Of a DNA stretch of 42,614 bases, positions 40,001 through 42,614 are shown one piece after another. The position numbers were made by a program, and so were the translations under genes. Where the stretch lies: sequence record SRR31156797_3011. The stretch is one strand, 5' to 3'. Under the pieces are notes generated by a model. It made no database searches, was not told where the DNA came from, and was given only the letters and a program-made list of their open reading frames with translations. How positions within the stretch are numbered: the stretch's first letter is position 1; the number at the start of each line of letters is the position of its first letter.

Positions 40001-42614
40001 GTTGGCGTGGAGCTTTTGAAAATGCTTACGTGTTCTATGGCAATAATTATAACCTTGCTGGTAATGTGTCAGTAGGTTTCAAAACAATGCCTGGCTGTAC
40101 AACAGGAATGCACTATCCAATAGGAAAAATATATCTGGACTTTTCTCATTCACTTGATGAATTTGATGCACCTAATGATACATTTGCAGAAAATCCTACT
40201 AGAACCGATTTAGTTTTTAATAATGCTGTAACAGATTCACTGGGGCTGTCATCATCACTAACAACAGAAGATAAGCTATGGGAATACGATGCCAGCAGTA
40301 CTTCAACAACTCCATATACAGTTGAGGTAACTCTTCAGTCTGTTCAGGGAGCTAACCTGACACCTGGTACAAATGAAGTATATGAATGGACTACATACGA
40401 AACTCAGTTCTATGGTGAACATAAAAATAATCTGGATTGTATATTCTCTGTAACAAGTCCTACTAACAATGCAATGTATAATTATGAGGGATATATATAT
40501 ATCCCAAGAGCAGGTAGCTCGGTTGATTATATGGATTCAACTGCAACATTACAGACAGCAACCAGCGAATACAACATGTATCTAAATGGAATTGAGGAGC
40601 TGGGAAATGCAGCATCTATGAATCCTGTTTATTCGTATACTACTGACCCAGCACCGGATGAAACTTCCGTATATACAACCACTACACCAACTACTACGGC
40701 CCAATGGAATGCAGTTACTGCAGTAAAGGTTGAAATATCTGAAATTCCTCAAGCTACAGGATTTAATATAAATCTGAATATGAGTGCGGATAAACAGGTG
40801 TTAGGAAGTCAGTTTGCATACATTGGCGGTATTGTCTACTATGATTTATCCACTACACAGACAACTCCGTATTCAGCATATATCTCGCTAGGTTCATATG
40901 AGTACCTTGATTATGATTTTATAAATTCATCAAGGATATGGTACGATACATTTGATGAAAATGGTACACAGGGACAGACTGTGGCAGAGGGTTCTGCATA
41001 TGAAACAGCAGTAGAAAATATTACAATAAATCTATATGATACTGATGGTACTACGCTGATAAACAGCTCAACGTCAAATTCTAGCGGTAAGTTCACCATG
41101 TCCAGCTACAAACATGATGCAGGACAGATTCTGGAGTTTGTTCTGCCTACTTATGTAGTGCCGGGCAATAACGCCTCTGGTTCAGCGGATTGGATACTAA
41201 CACAGCTGTCAGTGGCAGGAATGGAAATAAACTTAACTGATTCTGATTTTGACAGAACTACAAATAGACTGATACTACCTGAACTAACTACTGCAGGACT
41301 GGATAATATTAGTGCAGGTATTGCACGGCTTCCTGAGCTTGATGCTGGCGTATTTACGCAGGGAACACCGCCTTCAGGATATACAGGGCATATGTTTAGT
41401 AATGTAGGTGGTACGGGTGCACCAATTTATCAGCGTGATACTAGTGGCGATTACTATGTAGGTGTTCTAGAGATGTACATAGGAGAGACAAAATCAATTA
41501 CAGCAGCATTAAGGGATTACTATGATGATGATTTACCAGCTGGAAGCGCATATAATATTACATATGTTCATGTAAATGATACTTCTATTGCAACTGCGGC
41601 TCCATTAGCCGGCGATGATATAGAGCTAACTGGTACTTCGACTACTGCGTATAATCATGATATCAGCATTACCGGCGTATCTCCTGGAGATACATATATC
41701 GAGTTTCAGACTACTAATGTGTTAGGAGATGTTTTTACTACTAGAGCGTATATAAGGGTTAGTGGATACTCACTAGGTGATCGTGTATGGGTAGATGCAG
41801 ATATGGATGGCACACAGGATATAGGTGAAGAGTATCTAAATGGTGTAACTGCAGCATTGTATGACAGCACCGGAACACAAATTGGTACATCAGTAACAAC
41901 AGGCAGCGGTACATGGGCAGATGGATATTATGAATTCAGTTCCTTGTCAGGCGGAGATTACTATGTAGTGTTTGATTTGCCGTCAGAATATCACTTTGCT
42001 TCACAGAACACAGGAACAGATGATACTGACGACAGTGATGTAGACCCAAGTACAGGGCAGTCAGACACTGTTACACTAAATGATACGAATACAGACAGCA
42101 GCAGGCGCTATCTGCTTCTGGATGCAGGAGCTTATCAGTATGGTACAGTAACACTGACAAAGACGGATCAAAATGATGTACCTATTATTGGAAGCAGTGC
42201 GGTATTCCAGCTGTACAGAAGTGATGATACTGCAGTTACTATGACAGCTGCCGGCAGTATATATACATACAGCGGATTAGGCACAGCAACAGATATGTCT
42301 ACTGATATTGCCTCGGGACAGATAATAATAAATGAATTACCGTATGGAGACTATTATTTCAGAGAAATATCAGCACCTGCAGAGTATATAATATTGACAG
42401 CAAGTACTGCATTTACAGTGGATGAATCAGCAGAGAGTATAGGAATTCAAAACGACAGACTATATTCACTAGGTGATTATGTATGGATAGACGAAGATGC
42501 AGACGGAATACAAGACGCTCTGGAAGAGCGCATAAATGGTGTAACAGTAACATTGTATGACAGTACTGATGTACAAGTTGGTACACCGGTAATAACAGGC
42601 AGCGGTACATGGGC
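37036..42614 (+). CDS. very large secreted adhesin-like protein (>1850 aa, 3' truncated) with SdrD-B and SpaA/Cna-B domains
   Basis: GGGAG RBS + GTG start; signal peptide MYKLIRIWKTLIILCLIWLAGFIFSSPALA; frame apparently open to the window end. SdrD-B: SLGDRVWVDADMDGTQD...DGYYEFSSL..GDYYVVF...DSDVD. SpaA-like: TLTKTD...FQLY...LPYGDYYFREISAPAEY. Confidence 0.88.
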   Translation, partial: MYKLIRIWKTLIILCLIWLAGFIFSSPALAIGIIQISSSDFTSAQTEYNMYTDADGTNFTVTYIPPSTGTDETVLVVKCPEYGARFAVTPVLHGAIIDAQYLNSEHTEIAVVISDGETNDVTIEFTLETAMLSQADAITWMDTGSLTTSISATEYKGTVSGGVLTEDTSFTGADFTFCTMSPESTGSTSVSNTHSYNYTVSSQPLVTNYMLLNAGLYISNNGIYCGPNQNGSIRYEIPTVNNGNPLIEITGMKIYVPDERLELTGLDITQTYNGLRRRGRVLDGSDFDEMWNGWVIGTRQTETSGPNIGRSYYIITPDSRWFNNGNDDTYTNAFYGMRFVWQLSDTSLPLNYSTTAGTLTDFDAPDTELIYQELSSSTGSPSAGTFTHTGPRVQTRSRVDGEITNAYQKNRRDDLAYLSPVVKGADYSDDVFSYTNNNHWLNSETTESVPSYSNTVTQKYDFPYEIQPTLLYIKQYRHSQLHYREIDMELASVVYYTSDAPTVAKYATTTEITAANEYFSYTSSTEPTIALDIPSTERVLSVQLNWNGLSALQTGGYYAITGPCTNDATTGELSGTYLEAVAFDYIVPSDASSGHTQVPYTMTAGVNYYDSNYIYFNVTDPLPPRLVGSIGTVPEVSRSSGQYSVFAENTTRSSYNTGSLHFSIGDLNSRVSPVVNPVIDLGMKFDRQYSNGAYYNTNTMVGMTEAEGIAFLTGTMTATEYLSGWVFTYTTNMQTTATTYTVPTLTADTQIQIPLASDEYFTSLSMSYPGDFYLYDDYANTGSNLYLIKSIDMQTLTHNPFTGAALSSSSSVFGYCPIVLQAEWQSDNCYTTGAQEMDVSYRGNRYEEEGPQCLIYWNRQAALPKPTTSLDTTVDIVPQGDSSQFSADFTLTGLASTSDLRPFNQRFYDIYGLTSSTWNYLCLGIPWAHQEAVYIELTDNEFVVDLSNTYLLGVCADTADVEHAIVTVGSSKYLKLWFADSYFRTSNNGWRGAFENAYVFYGNNYNLAGNVSVGFKTMPGCTTGMHYPIGKIYLDFSHSLDEFDAPNDTFAENPTRTDLVFNNAVTDSLGLSSSLTTEDKLWEYDASSTSTTPYTVEVTLQSVQGANLTPGTNEVYEWTTYETQFYGEHKNNLDCIFSVTSPTNNAMYNYEGYIYIPRAGSSVDYMDSTATLQTATSEYNMYLNGIEELGNAASMNPVYSYTTDPAPDETSVYTTTTPTTTAQWNAVTAVKVEISEIPQATGFNINLNMSADKQVLGSQFAYIGGIVYYDLSTTQTTPYSAYISLGSYEYLDYDFINSSRIWYDTFDENGTQGQTVAEGSAYETAVENITINLYDTDGTTLINSSTSNSSGKFTMSSYKHDAGQILEFVLPTYVVPGNNASGSADWILTQLSVAGMEINLTDSDFDRTTNRLILPELTTAGLDNISAGIARLPELDAGVFTQGTPPSGYTGHMFSNVGGTGAPIYQRDTSGDYYVGVLEMYIGETKSITAALRDYYDDDLPAGSAYNITYVHVNDTSIATAAPLAGDDIELTGTSTTAYNHDISITGVSPGDTYIEFQTTNVLGDVFTTRAYIRVSGYSLGDRVWVDADMDGTQDIGEEYLNGVTAALYDSTGTQIGTSVTTGSGTWADGYYEFSSLSGGDYYVVFDLPSEYHFASQNTGTDDTDDSDVDPSTGQSDTVTLNDTNTDSSRRYLLLDAGAYQYGTVTLTKTDQNDVPIIGSSAVFQLYRSDDTAVTMTAAGSIYTYSGLGTATDMSTDIASGQIIINELPYGDYYFREISAPAEYIILTASTAFTVDESAESIGIQNDRLYSLGDYVWIDEDADGIQDALEERINGVTVTLYDSTDVQVGTPVITGSGTW
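41770..42614 (+). repeat. intragenic direct repeat with a 696-bp period (SdrD-B + SpaA unit)
   Basis: 41770-41918 and 42466-42614 both start TCACTAGGTGAT and end ACAGGCAGCGGTACATGGGC. Confidence 0.85.

Noticed and set aside
1105-42610. Many short ORFs antisense to or nested in long genes (e.g. 2907-3221, 10350-10733, 22652-22996, 35001-35654, 37311-37598)
   Set aside because: They lie within well-supported CDSs and have no RBS or recognisable motif.

Overview
Low-GC, Clostridia-like (Firmicute) chromosomal window. It opens with a minus-strand tRNA-Val(UAC) and a truncated probable tRNA-Asp behind a perfect sigma-A promoter. A ~17 kb carbohydrate region follows: a sensor solute-binding lipoprotein with a YesM/YesN-type two-component system, an LplBC-type ABC transporter, an AraC regulator, a second ABC transporter, a frameshifted GH65 phosphorylase, sucrose phosphorylase and a ROK fructokinase. 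Next come an alkaline-phosphatase-family enzyme and a MoxR/DUF58/membrane-protein operon. A small accessory islet (~23.4-28.2 kb) holds a possible tRNA-3'-end scar, a pseudogene and a two-gene operon: an HD-CE-type HD hydrolase plus a tandem KaiC/RecA-like ATPase. This operon is the best candidate for an undescribed conflict or signalling system. After it are an AraC/orphan glycoside-hydrolase-like/MATE/AAC(3) cluster, an IS3 relic, a structured non-coding leader and a sortase-anchored LRR/Ig surface protein. The window ends inside a >1850-codon SdrD-B/SpaA adhesin that is missing from the ORF track. All assignments come from reading motifs by eye; no searches were run.
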